A stretch of 62,316 bases of DNA, counting the filler, from Porpidia crustulata (taxonomy: Eukaryota): assembly GCA_964255105.1 (NCBI GenBank). It is 16 parts of 16 records of this genome, joined end to end, with 100 filler letters (N's around TTAATTAATTAA, not from the genome) between each part and the next. Parts side by side here need not be neighbours in the genome. Positions count along the whole stretch, not along the records: positions 1 to 3,825 come from CAXUWE010002219.1; positions 3,926 to 7,749 come from CAXUWE010002220.1; positions 7,850 to 11,673 come from CAXUWE010002221.1; positions 11,774 to 15,597 come from CAXUWE010002222.1; 12 more parts are not named here. One strand, written 5' to 3'. Under the pieces are notes generated by a model. The model did no database searches. It was not told where the DNA came from and worked only from the letters and a program-made list of their open reading frames with translations. The first letter of the stretch is position 1; each line of letters begins with the position of its first letter. The translations under genes were made by a program, and so were the position numbers. Positions 1 to 12,460 of this stretch are shown here, one piece after another.

Positions 1-864
1 TTGTGTGTGCGTGGATAGTGTGGGTTGGATGAGAAGCGATGAGGCTCTTGATAGCTGGACAGGCGTGTCTTGATTTCTTGGAGTAAATAGTTTTATGAAT
101 GGTGTATGCATAACGTCTGTGCAGCAAAGGCAATTTTTTGGGGATATTTTCAGGGATGCTCGATAGACACGACCGATGATTTTAATGACAAGTGCATGTT
201 CATAAATGACCGGTGTTTGAGATTCAAGAGAAGATTGTATTTACCGTTTCCGACGAATGGGGTTGAGCTCGAAGAGAGAGAGAGTGTGTGTATGTGGGTC
301 GCAATATGCTTCATAATATATTTATTATTCAAATGATAACTTGATGGAACGAGGGGATGTATGAAAAAAGAACATGTTAGGAAATGGAGGACTTGGTGAA
401 AGAGAAAGGGCCGCTATGGGCGAAGGAAGAGCATAATGTCTTATTCGATCGAGAGCAAAGAAGACGAATGGAGCTATAGTCTTGAAACAGATGCTCATAT
501 ATCTCCTATGCAATGATTTGTTTATATGTAGCTCTTGGTATATTCAGATACTAGGGAATAATTGTCGATGTATGTTTCATACGTTTCTTTTGGGATAAAA
601 TACAACAAAGCATACGCTGCAATATTGAGGATACGCCGTTAAGTCCGACGTTTCAGCCTTGTGATGACAGCGCTTAGCGTGCGTCATTCATTCCGCGTGT
701 CAGCTCAGGCTTCAAGGTCTGTGTGTCAATACATGTCAGCTTCATACCTACTTCATCTTACTCATAAGCTGTTCAGTGCTGGGCAACACACCCCAGCTAT
801 CACCTAGCCTCAACGCGAGATGAATTCTTGACGACCGACTCATCCCTATTGTACCTCCTTCGCC

Positions 865-2080
865 ATGCCCGCTAACTACGATGCCACCGCTCGATCCCTC
901 GCCTTACCCATCTCCCCTCCCCGATCCCCCAAAGGCACAAATCATCAAGCCCGGGCATCATGGTCCCGACAACGCTCGAGCCAATCTCTCCCTCGGAATC
1001 AATCCTCGCGAGGGCGACTACGAGATAGAGCCGTTGATAGCATCGAACGGTTCCATCGGCATTCCCTTCAACTGGCGAAAAAATTGTCTGTGGTGCAAAG
1101 AATAGCTCTTGGATTGGCGGCCCTGATAACATTGATCTTGACGATACTGTTTTTCGTATTCAATCAACAGATCTTTACATGGCTGTTACCTCCCGCGGAA
1201 AAGTGGAAGAATCTAAGAGGCGGCTGGTTGATTCTTTTCGCAATGAACTTCGTGACCGCGTTTCCGCCTGTGATAGGATATTCGACTACAGTGACTATCG
1301 CCGGCTTTGTTTATGGGTTTCCTGTAGGGTGAGGATATTCCGGCAGGCCTACCAATAGCAAAGAAGAGCACTCGCTGATTCTACCCTTTTAGATGGTTCA
1401 TCGTCGCGGCCGGCACCATCGTAGGTTCCTTCTGCTCGTTCGTCGTCTCCCGTACCATTCTCTCGGGTTTCGTAAATCGCCTCATAGCAAATGACGCCCG
1501 CTTTGCAGCCCTCTCTCTGGTCCTCAAACACGACGGTCTCAAACTCCTCTGCATGATTCGCCTCTGTCCGCTTCCGTATTCCCTCACAAACGGCGCCATG
1601 TCAACAATCCCCACGGTGACGCCCCTAAATTATGCGCTTGCAACAGCAATTGCAACGCCAAAACTCCTGATTCACGTGTTCATCGGCTCCAGACTTGCCG
1701 TGATAGCTAAAAGCGGAGAGAAAATGGATGCAACAACCAAAGCGATCAACTGGGCCAGCATAGTCGGCGGCATGATCCTCGGTGCTCTGACTGGGTGGCT
1801 GATCTATCGGAGAACGCTTGCTCGCTCCCGGGAACTCGAAGCCGAAGAAAGGCAGAATGGCCGACAATCCACATCACATCCCGGAGAATTCACCGACGAC
1901 CCAGAGTCGCAAGCGGCAGCCGCGTTGTTGCCCGAAGACGACCAGATAGATTTCTTGGATTTCACATACGGAGCTTCTGATAGGTACCAAGACGATGCCG
2001 AAGAGAATGATGTCTTCAATTTCGGTGATGAAGAGGGGGCGATTGGGCTGGACAGGCAGCCCCCGCAACGACAGTCATGA
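865..2080 (+). CDS. TVP38: Golgi membrane protein Tvp38 (DedA/VTT, SNARE-associated); 2 exons
   Basis: ORFs 865..1332 and 1553..2080 join through a GT-AG intron at 1329..1392, giving [35 protein letters not shown]...GLKLLCMIRLCPLPYSLTNGAMS...PKLLIHVFIG, with an acidic tail. Confidence 0.92.
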
Positions 2081-2613
2081 TGGGATCTCCGGTTGAGGGG
2101 TAAATTCTGGGAGTCATGGGTAAAGGTTTTGGGCATAGTAGAGAGCATGGGGGACAACATAGATTAGATCCGTCCTGAGCGTTAGATATTGACCGCCTCA
2201 TTAGCGACTTTCAGGAGAAGGGTCATTCACTGGCCAATGCTGCCGTATTCAATACCCAATGGAAGAAGCTTGAGGACTTACGGCGAAGGGACAGCTTGTC
2301 CACCATTTGCTCGGTCGTGAACGATATCATTGAACTCAATGTGAGGTCGTTTGTAGTACACAATCTATCAACCGTTACTAGCGTGCTTGCTCCGTTGAAT
2401 ATTTAGCTCACAGCTGAAGTCCTACACTTATGACATCGCCCATCACCAACGGTTCAACAAGGTTCTTTTGCTTGAGGAAAAAATCCTGCAGATAAGTTGG
2501 AACTGAAACAACTTGGGTTCTTATCGTTGAACTCTAAGCATCGAGTGATTCCAATAGGGACCCGCTATCGAAATTATTGGTGCCTCAGGTCTTCCTCCCC
2601 AATCCTAACGGTG

Positions 2614-3825
2614 ATGGACAACGACTTTGATAGCATCTCGTGGAGGAACGAGCCAGAGGATGAGAGCTCGGGGCCCAACACCTCAGGGCGTCATGACAGC
2701 GCCGACCGAGTCTTCTCTAGCTCTAATGGTAAAAGAAGAATGAAAACACCCCCACCACAGGCGGGGCGGAATGCCGATGCAGTGGATCTCGCTGGAATTG
2801 GGGATGGAAGACTTGACTGTACTATTGGTGATCCACACAAGGAGAGCAATGGTACCAAAGATGCCTACGTATCATATCGTGTCACCACACACGTATGTCT
2901 GTGTCAAACGCAGTCCGCCGATGTCTAGCTAATCCTCGACTCTGTAGACGGACTTCAAATCCTTCCAAAAGCCCACCTCCAATGTCCGCCGACGCTTCAC
3001 CGACTTCGTCTTCCTCTATAAATCGCTCTTCAGAGACTATCCTCAATGTGCCGTCCCCCCTTTGCCCGACAAACACACCCTCGAATACGTCCGCGGTGAC
3101 CGCTTCGGCCCCGATTTCATGTCCCGCCGAGCCCATTCCCTCCACCGTTTCCTCAAACGCATCTCTCTTCACCCTGTTCTCCGCCGCGCCGCTATCATAA
3201 CCATCTTCCTCGAGACCGAGGACTGGAATGCGTACATGCGGATACGTCCTTCGAGAGGCAGCATCTCGGAAAGCAATACGCTCTTCGACAGTGTCGCCGA
3301 CACCTTTGTCAACGCCTTCAGCAAAGTCCACAAACCCGACAAACGCTTCATTGAGGTGCGCGAAAAAGCCGATAAACTCGACGAAGACCTCTCGAACGTC
3401 GAAAAGATTGTCTCCCGCATCGCCCTCGAACCAGGCGTCGAAGCGCCACTCCACGCCTTCGCCCAAGGCGTCGACCAAACCGCCAAAGGCCTCACCACCC
3501 TCAAAGAACACACCGACCAAAACTACCTCGGCTCCCTGCGCGACATGGAAGCCTACATCGTCTCGATCAAAGCCCTGCTGAAGACGCGCGAGCAGCGCCA
3601 ACTCGACTTCGAAGCCCTGACCGAAGGCCTCGCCCGCTCCGCCGCGGACCGCGACGCCCTCGCCTCCAGCCCGCCGCGACCGCGTGCGCCGCCTCGAGGT
3701 CAACATCGAGAAGCTGACCCGCGACGTCGAGGCCGCCAAGCGCACCGCCGACCTCTTCGACGAGGAAGTCGTCCGTGAGGTCGAGGATTTCGAGCGCATC
3801 AAGGCGCTCGAGTGGCGTGCGTCTC
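2614..3825 (+). CDS. SNX4: Sorting nexin-4 / Atg24 (PX-BAR), 3' truncated; two internal deletions, one frameshifting
   Basis: ATG 2614, intron 2893..2947. PX motifs KDAYVSYRVTTH-TDFKSFQK..VRRRFTDF..PPLPDKH..RGDRFGPDF..HPVLRR; BAR segment KTREQRQLDFEAL. The C-terminal RRDRVRRLE..EVVREVEDFERIK lies in another frame. Confidence 0.9.
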
Positions 3826-3925
3826 NNNNNNNNNNNNNNNNNNNNNNNNNNNNNNNNNNNNNNNNNNNNTTAATTAATTAANNNNNNNNNNNNNNNNNNN
3901 NNNNNNNNNNNNNNNNNNNNNNNNN
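3826..3925. other. Artificial contig linker N44-TTAATTAATTAA-N44 (first of 15)
   Basis: Identical 100-nt spacers with stops in all six frames at 3826, 7750, 11674, 15598, 19520, 23437, 27352, 31255, 35150, 39039, 42923, 46806, 50686, 54564 and 58442. Intervening contig lengths never increase, falling from 3825 to 3775 nt, as expected for length-sorted unplaced contigs. Confidence 0.99.
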
Positions 3926-5745
3926 GGGTAGGCATATAGGTGGGATTGCGGGGTTGGCTGTTGGGGCTGTAAGTTCGCCGGATGTTGGAGATTCCGGTAC
4001 ATCGCTCCTGCTTGCTGTGGGAGCGGAGACGGGTAGTGAGTCGGTTTGTAAGCTTCTTCTCTTGACGTACGGTGTACTGGACCGGCAGGGTAGCCCATAG
4101 AGTTGTTTGCCGGACGACGGCCGATGGATTTTCGTGGAAAGGGTGGGGGCTGGTAGTCGGATGATGATGGTGATAGTGATGATGCTGATACTCTCAATCT
4201 CGCTTCATAGGCAGCTCGGACCTCTGGATCGAAGTAATCCAGATCTATCTCAGAAAGCTGACGAGGTTGTGCAGGCGGCGGAGGAGGCGCCCACTGGGCC
4301 GCTACTTGACGTCCACGAGGGCGCTTTTGTCTCCGATCACGCTCAGAAGGAATCTCGTCCGCAGGGTATCTGGGTTGCATCGATTCGCTAATCTTGCGAG
4401 CCACCTGCAAATTCGATAGTCCCGTAAAATCTTGTGCTGGCAACCTTGGCTGGTTCGCTCGGGTGCCTCGGCTCGGTTGTTGTGGCATCAACATGGACGA
4501 TAGAGGAACCATGGTTTTGGATGGCGGTGGAACCCTAATCGGAGGGATAGGAACGCTATAGTCGGCCGTAGGATCTGGTTGTGAAGCCTCATCAATGCAA
4601 GGCAGTTCACCATGCAAATCGTAAGGTCCACCTAGGTTCTTCTGTAAGTCAGGTGTGATAGGAGGCGGTAGCTGGGCTTGCACTGCCGGGGTCTTAGGCA
4701 GCTGGTTGTGACGAGGCACTGCGGGGGCTGGCAGGGTTTTGGTTGAAGTCTGGTTTGCGTTATTGGTTGTAGATCGGGAAGGCTCGCGGTGGTATCTGGA
4801 GAGAGGACTTGGACCAGGTCCGGGGAACTGGAGGTAATCATCCTCATCATCATCATCGTCGTCGTCCTCGTTGAAGTCATCAAGGTTGATGGGCGTGGCC
4901 GCTGTACTACCTGGAACAGCCAGGATCACGGCTGGATTGGCCGGCGCTCGAATTTGGTTTGGACGTGCAACTGATGCTTGCATCCGTGGCTCTCGGTTCT
5001 GAGCATCAATTGTGCGAGTTAATGCTAAATTCCTGATTGTCCCCTGAGGCGGAGGCTGCACCGAAGACGCATTGTTGTTGGGCTGCGGTTCTTGTCGAGA
5101 GCTGGGATCGCTGGAGGAGGCCACGGTGGTGGGATCTGTAAGATCTTGAACGGTGAAATTGGCTGAAAAGTCCTCAAAAGCTTCCAGTACCGAATCATTC
5201 GCATTATTCCTAGTCAATTCCCGCCACTCCTTCCGCTTCTTGCGGTTCCTCGCCCACGCCTCCCCTTGCTTACTTAATCTCGCCTCCGTCAATGATTGTT
5301 TCTTCGTCGGAGGTACCCACCACTCGTGCGAACGGGCTATGTGAATCAGCTTTTTCAGTAGTTCCGGATTGTGTATCTGCCGCGTCAAATGGCCTTTCAT
5401 GAGCGTGTAGTTGAATGTCCGATTAAATTGCTTTTGGAGTTTTTGGACGATGAGAGCGCAATACAGACCGCGGCTTTTCCACATGGCCATGAAGCTCAAT
5501 TCTTCGGTGCTGAAATTACGGTTAAAGTGGAACTGGGGTAAGACTTGGAAACGCGGTCGACGGGGGTTCCGTGCGGGGCCGGCGGCGATGTCTTGGACCA
5601 GCTTATTATGTGCGTTTCGATCATCATGTCCTTCTGTATTCATTAGGTCCTGGTCTGGGGAATTAGCTATTGTCATCGGGGCCTTCGGATTGCGGTCGAC
5701 ATTCGTGGGATAGGCTTCACCATTTTTCGCTGTGCTAGGGGCCAT
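3926..5745 (-). CDS. Hypothetical Pro/Gln-rich disordered protein with a possible N-terminal Myb/Clr5-like helical domain; 3' truncated
   Basis: Open frame of about 600 codons from ATG 5745 (MAPSTAKNG) to the contig edge. Contains FSTEELSFMAMWKSRGL..IVQKLQKQFNRTF, a basic RNRKKRKE stretch and a poly-Asp tract. Confidence 0.65.
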
Positions 5746-8700
5746 AGTATACAGAACTTGACGGCTGTGCAGATAAATTAATAAGTATGAAATAAAGAAC
5801 TTTTGAAGAAACCAAAAGGGTTTAAAAGGCACGAATGGACGTGTCGATAAGAGACTTGTAGTAGCAACATTCACATTCAACAAAACCAACTCGACACAAC
5901 TTCAGAGTGTTTGGCATTCCACGAGCATAGACCTCTTTGTATGATTTTGCTAGGAAACCCTATTCAAGTTAATTCACTTACCTCATCACCTTGTCCATAA
6001 CACTAGGTAGTATCCCTTTTTCAGTCATAGCGTTGAAGTCTGCGCCTCCATCTTCGCCCCCCATCCATGAGTTCTCGGGTAGGCTCTGAATCTTTCGTTC
6101 TCGTTGGAAAGATTATCCCCTTTGATATCTAGGGTAGGAAGATATGTTGCAAAAATTCCGGCTTTGCCACAGACAGTAGCCATGATGCAGGTCCAGCGAC
6201 TTCCAGTAAGATCCTGGATCAGGGTAAAGACTTCAATGCCAAACGCGGGTTGAGGGTTTTCCACAGCGGTATAAGTGCTATGGGAAGTGCCTTAGACAGC
6301 GGTTGCGTAGCTCTTTCAAGAGAGACTGCCCAATATATCGCCCGGGCCCACATTTCCCGAACACCACATGAATTCGTAGAAATCCAGGAAGAGTGGAATG
6401 ATGATCGTAATCTGTTTGTAAGTGTAATCCATTATTAATTTGACGACTACTTCAAACGTCAGTCATGAGGTCTCTCTCGAAGAATGATTACCTACAACAC
6501 CCACTGAAGCCGAGCATCATGACCAAGCCTGCTATAGAGGTAGGTACCGAGAAAGATATCGGGCAGAGCAATATCTCCAGTATTAGCTGATGCTAGCCTG
6601 TCCTGTGGGTATCACCTTTCGGGACCACGCTGAAGATTGGCCGGGGTAGAAGATGTTGCATATCCTCCTGGAATAGACTTAATGAGGACTTTTGATATCG
6701 TCATCATCGAGAACACTCCCTTGATCGTGATGCTATGAGAAGCGGTGGCTCGCCTACCTTCAACAACATTAAGAGCGACTACTGCAATCTTTCGCTCTGG
6801 ACAGTCGAAAGCCAAGTCAATGACAACTTGGTCCAGAATCTTGCCACAAGTAGACGTTAGGAACTCGGGTACTAACAGCAGGGATTTTCTGTTCTAGATA
6901 TTCTCTCTCGCGTGAGACGTTAGTCATTTTCCTATCGCGTTCAGCTTTGTATCTATCCGTGTGGACTATACAAGAAGGCTTACATCAGATTATTTTGATC
7001 TATAGAAATCTCACATGTGGTCTGTATGACAAGGATATAGCCAAAGAGTGACAAATACTGCTTGCAGAACGTCTGCTCTCAGATATTCTGCAACACTCTA
7101 GATCGCGCCATGCTGGGAAATGCTTAAGTCTGATGACATAAGTCCATCACAGCTGAAAGTAGAGCCGGAGCAGAACTGCAGGTAACAGGCTGCCAGCGCA
7201 AGACCATCAGTACAATCTAGGCAAGCGGTTGCCAGGCACACATACTAGTAAAAATTTCCGAGAGCGACCGAAGAAACTTCGTTCAGAGGGGCGGTCGGAT
7301 ATGAGGGCACTGTTACCGTATTTCGTTCACCAGGATATTCTTTGCAGAGCCTTGAACTTGAACGCCACAGCTGTCATTTTAGATCACCAAAAAAACCAAA
7401 TCATAAAGTTCTCCAAGAAGAAATCAATTAATCATCAAGACAACACAGAAACAAAACTTCAGAATCCTCAAAAAGCCCACATACTATCCGCCTATTCAAA
7501 ACGGAACACAACGACTTCATACGACTGCAGAGAAAAGATGCAGGAGAAATACAAAGAGACCTCAGCAACGCAGGATGTTGGGAACCTAAGTGATCGACAT
7601 GACACATGTGAGTGTGATTTTGATAGGGAATCACCATTGGCCTGCAATGTGAATACAGTACCATGATCCACTGGGCCAATTGAAGCAGCGCGGTCAGCGA
7701 TGAAACCCACCTGTACGCGGTGCTGGCTACGAACCTTCTGTTTATCAGANNNNNNNNNNNNNNNNNNNNNNNNNNNNNNNNNNNNNNNNNNNNTTAATTA
7801 ATTAANNNNNNNNNNNNNNNNNNNNNNNNNNNNNNNNNNNNNNNNNNNNACAAATCATAGAAATCCAAAATGAATCGATCCCCAATGCAAAAATCTCCCT
7901 TGGAAGAATCTCGCGTAGTTCAGGCAAGTACCTATCATTGAATTAGTATACATTTATGAGACCGTGGCGAGGTGGAGAAGCTGGGGTGGTTGCGTTGGGA
8001 TTGTTTGATGCTGCGGGGGCCGGGACGAGGGCGGGGTTGAGATGACCTGAATGGGGCGGAGCTGTATTGCGTTGGCGCTATAAGAATGACAGTGGATTCG
8101 ATGAATTCATGGAGGTGTAGGTGGATGGAGCGAGCAATAACTCATCAATTCATCCATTCATCTTCTCATCAGGGGATATGGGAGGATATAAAAAACGAAA
8201 TATAACCAAAACCTCAAAAAAACAACACCGAACATCCAAACCCTTCTCCCCAAAAAACCAATTCATCAACACCTCCACGTCAAAACCCAAACAAACTCCA
8301 AACCCGAAATCGCAGCCAGCCAGCCAACCGCCCCATCTAAACCCAAAGCCCCCGATGCAAAGAAATTAGAAAAAACGCTCAATTGTTGTATAGAACAGGG
8401 GAACGTAAAGATCCGTTCATCTATGTGTACGATAGTTCTCGAAGAAGGGGGTTGGAAGATGCATGGTGGCGGGATGGATAGTGTGGCTGCACGACGGACT
8501 CGAAGATTCGTTTTTACGGTAGAACATGGCATCGTTTGCGTCAGCTTCATCGTGCTTTCTTTCCATCATCGTACGGGTTTCTGATTAGCAGTTCTGCTTT
8601 GCGGAAGAGTTTGGTAAGACTAGATTCATGTCATTAATGTTAATTGGGTCGTTCATCTATCTACTGAGGCGTTGACAAGATTACTTTTTAACTTTAAATA

Positions 8701-9205
8701 CAACTGCAGTTCATCGTATCGAGGTTGCGGATGATATTGGAATGTTGTGAACCGAGGGTTCGTGCTGTGTATTAATTTCAGGAATGCTTATTCTGTCGAA
8801 CGGGGTTCGATTCTGTGTGTATGTGTTTGTAATTACTCATCAGCAAATCTTCAAACGTAAGACGATAAACACAATAATATTTATACAAACCACAAGGATG
8901 GACAACGGATATAAATCAAGAAGCTGACATCGATTGAAACGACTATAGGTTAAGGCAGCTGCAGGAATAGCCATTTACTCTTAAGCGCCTGTGAGTTATT
9001 TCATGACGTCTTCTTTACACGGAGGTTAGTCGGGGTGGTGTTGTGCATAAAAATCGTCTCTCTTTTGTCTTCGCGCTTTTTTTTATTTCTTTCTTTTTTC
9101 CTACCAACTCCATCAAAGCATTCTTTCCCTCCTTTTTTCCTTTTCCTCCCACCCCCAAAAAACCACCGGCATCTACTCCATTCCTAGGATTCACCGATCC
9201 CCACA

Positions 9206-9715
9206 ATGCAAATCCCCTCCCTCCTTACGAGATCCTTTCTCCTCCACGACCTCATCCCAGCTGCCCTAGCAGTAGCACCTGTCCCGCATATAGGAGAGCT
9301 AGCCGTCCCAAAACGCGAGGAGAGTGATCCATGCAGTCAGCTTGGCCGCCTCACTGACGGTGCCCTAGGCCCGATCTTTGGGAGAAAGAAGTGTCAGCAG
9401 TCATTTCAACTAGCAAGCCTGCCGTCCTGAAGGATCTGTCCGGCGGCGGTGACGGTCTTGATTGTGCTTTAAATAGTGCTCTCTGACAGAAGACTGCAGG
9501 CTCTGATTAAGCCTGTCGTTTCCCAGCGGCTATTGGGTCTTTTAAGTGGTTCGCTCGGCGCCATCGACGGTATTGTCTTTTGTCCGGGTGATGCTGCCAA
9601 AGGCGCTTCGTGCAACACTGGCAATTCGAAACGCCAGCTACTTTGCGGTGGGCTCGGCGGTGGGCTGAGTGGTCTTCTTGGTGATGGAGGAGGCTACAGA
9701 CTCTGCCATTTGAGG
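9206..9715 (+). pseudogene. Possible frameshifted secreted Gly/Leu-rich protein with KR dibasic sites
   Basis: Signal-like start MQIPSLLTRSFLL..AALAVAPVP..PKREE. Similar composition continues in two other frames (KDLSGGGDGLDCALN; NSKRQLLCGGLGGGLSGLLG). Confidence 0.3.
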
Positions 9716-11161
9716 TGTTTTTCCGATGGAGGAAGTGGAAGTGTTGTTAAGCTTTGTGTGATGGTGATAACGAGCGGTGTGAAAATACCAAAGTCATCGC
9801 ACACATTGACCTTTTGTTGTATTAGACCTCTTTGTTCAAGATATCTCCCCCGAGAATTGTTTTTTCGATTTACGAAGCATAACCGATCCTGCAAATCCCA
9901 CTCTTCATCTCCTACTTCTTCATCCTTGTGAAAATTTCTACTACTCCCACTCGTCAGGGACGTTGTGCAGTGCGTGCTAACTTCGAGATCTTTCTCCCTC
10001 CGTCCCTTCATTATTCTCCACAAGTAGCTGAAAATGACCGCAATAAGAACCTGGACCACAACAGCGACTCCTCCCCATTGACCCACAGCTGAGAAACTCT
10101 CTGCTTGAAGCCTGGCCGGTTGCAGTTGGTCTTTACTAGCCTCAGTGTAGATGATATTACCTACGAATGCGGTTAGGCTGAGCAATTGCGTCAGAAATTC
10201 CACAAGTTTGATCGCATTGATCTGCAATACTTCCTGCTGCAACACATAATCCTCGCTGCTGCCGAAGCATCTGTTCAACCATGTGCGTACTAATGGCCAG
10301 GGACGAAGTGTGAAAAAAGGTCTACGTACAACCTGCGGCAGCAGCTTTGGCTTTTCGAACGTAAAGAATGTGAGCAGGCCGAGAGCAAGGTAGGCCCACC
10401 ATGTGGTTATGCTACCCCATCGGGAATCTCCGTAATTTGGAGTGATCGTTTGATAGACATCGATCTCGCTTGGCGTACGGCCGATGTATGCTCGACTTGC
10501 GAAGCAGGAGTAGAGACACGAACTGTCAAGAGTCTCATTGACATTTCCGATTGAGCTCTGTGGCCGCTGTCCAGATACTAAGGCATGAAGTGATGTTTTC
10601 CAGGTAGGATTAAGAGGGACTGATTGATAATTACTTTGTGGGAGCGACTCAACGTGGAAACGTGGACAGATCTGAAAATGATGATTGACGTCGGTGTAAG
10701 TAATATTGTGAAAGACGTGGCCAACAGACAGTAAGATGATCCACAGAAGAAAGATCGGTTTACAGTTTGAAGCTCGAAATGTGTTGGACCAAGCTGCCAG
10801 TGGGAGTGCACCAGTGAGCGCTGCATTCAATATGTGGAAAGCCGCACCGAAGTCTGGCTCAAGGACGCCATTGCACGCCAAAAACAGGTGTTCCTGATCC
10901 CGGAAGCGCGATAGACTCACACAGGCTCTTAGTCTTAGGTATATCATATCTATCATTAGATATAAAGAGAACAGTCATATGGATAGCTGCGACGCCGGAG
11001 TAGGTCATTACAGAGGCTGCCGCGCCTGCTGTAAGCCACTCATGACCGCGAAACACTATAGCGAACACGAAGAGAAGATTGAAGATGTACTGTGGCGTAT
11101 ATGAATACTGACTGCTGAAGCGAAATTCACAGACCACCTCAGTTACTGTGACATTGTCGAT
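9694..11161 (-). pseudogene. Fungal multi-pass membrane protein, frameshifted (pseudogene or homopolymer error)
   Basis: ORF 10859..11215 (VCEFRFSSQYSYTPQYIF..WLTAGAAASVMTYSGVAAIH) joins ORF 9694..10956 (LACNGVLEPD..ESFSAVGQWGG) if one base of the A5 run at 10880..10884 is removed. No nearby in-frame ATG; ATC-GAC-AAT at 11161 sits where ATG might be expected. Confidence 0.6.
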
Positions 11162-11773
11162 CTCATAATGCAATGGTTGTTGCGCCGTTGAGGGATAAGG
11201 TTTGTGTGTACACACTGTTGAGGACGCTGTATATTAACAACCACAAAAAGACAAGAATATATATACCGTAGGTGATACTTTCTCTGAAGCCTCTCATCTT
11301 GAAGTGCAGGCGAAATTGAATCTTTGATCAACACGTCGTTCGTCCTCAAGTCTTTCTATAATGTAGCATCCGAGTCAAGATACAATGTCATCTGGTACCG
11401 TGTTCTCATCAAGGCTCTGTGCTTCGCGGACAGAGTCTTCGAGGCTTAAGCATTGTCCAAACTCTGCTCGAAAGGTGAAAACGCCTGCATTGCGCAGAAT
11501 GATGATCTGCCTGACTCTAGGGCGGATGCAACTGATCGATGATGTATAGCCTTCCTGGATCATGTTCTTCTGTACCCGTTCTCGATGTGCCTTGCAGCAA
11601 GGCTGGTCAGCTTTTCCCTAGAAGTATTCCCGGGCTCGTGCACGTTCCGGTCCCCTGCACACCCCACTTTACTNNNNNNNNNNNNNNNNNNNNNNNNNNN
11701 NNNNNNNNNNNNNNNNNTTAATTAATTAANNNNNNNNNNNNNNNNNNNNNNNNNNNNNNNNNNNNNNNNNNNN

Positions 11774-12268
11774 CCCTTGTGCTCCTCCCCTGCTCCTCCT
11801 GTGCTCCCCTCTGCTCCCTTAGTGCTCCCTCAAAGCGGCTCTACTCCCTTTCTCAAACAAAAACAGTAATTATCAATCCTAAGTTCAGGGTATATATAAT
11901 ATATATACATACAGCATCCTAATGTGTAATCGATCAATAATTACAGTGACGCTAATTTGCTCCTCCGCGAATGATCGTTCTTCTGCTTCCTCTTCACTCT
12001 TTCGTGATTCCTCTTTGCTCTTCATTTCTGTTATACTGCCTTTCCTTCACTCTCTCAGTGCTCTCCTCTGCTCCTTCCATATTCCCTCCATAATCCCTTT
12101 GGAGCGGTCCAGCTCCATTCTGAACACTCAAATAGTAACCACTAATTTCAAATTTGCAGCGTATACAGTTCTTATATTCACTGTGAGTTTAGGGTCGTTA
12201 ATCATCATTTTGCTCCTCGGAAGGGACGCTGCTATATTAAGTAGGAGCACAAGAAATTTGCGACAGTA
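11774..12268. repeat. Two related pyrimidine-rich repeat units with a degenerate TA-flanked inverted end (possible second MITE family)
   Basis: 11800-11877 resembles 12058-12146 (GTGCTC.CCTCTGCTCC..AGCGG..A.AGTAA..A..AAT). TACAGTGACGCTAATTTGCTCCT at 11942 imperfectly matches the reverse complement of 12243-12268 (TACTGTCGCAAATTTCTTGTGCTCCT), and the contig starts with CCCTTGTGCTCCT. Confidence 0.4.
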
Positions 12269-12311
12269 AACAAAGGGTGAAGCAGACATGGAGTATGGCC
12301 TGAGCAGCAGT

Positions 12312-12424
12312 GCAAACTAGAATCGCGGATGAACGAGCTGCGATCATCGACTCAGGAACCGCGAATTCGTTTTTGGTATCGCCTGCTCTCGTGGTGGATC
12401 TACGCTTCTCATAAAAATCTTCGC
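12312..12424 (+). pseudogene. Decayed duplicate of the 5' end of the sulfotransferase-HAD gene
   Basis: Aligns by eye to 13808..13919 (GCAAACTAGA.TCGC.GATG.ACGAGC..CGATCATCGACT..GGAACCGCGAAT..GGATCTACGCTTCTCAT), with mostly transitions and small indels. Confidence 0.9.
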
Positions 12425-12460
12425 ATTCAGGTTGGTCGTCACACTCACAGGCGTGTCGCT

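Noticed and set aside
2882..3802. 306-aa antisense ORF over SNX4
   Set aside because: Shadow ORF caused by the C/G third-position bias of the sense gene; no recognisable motifs.
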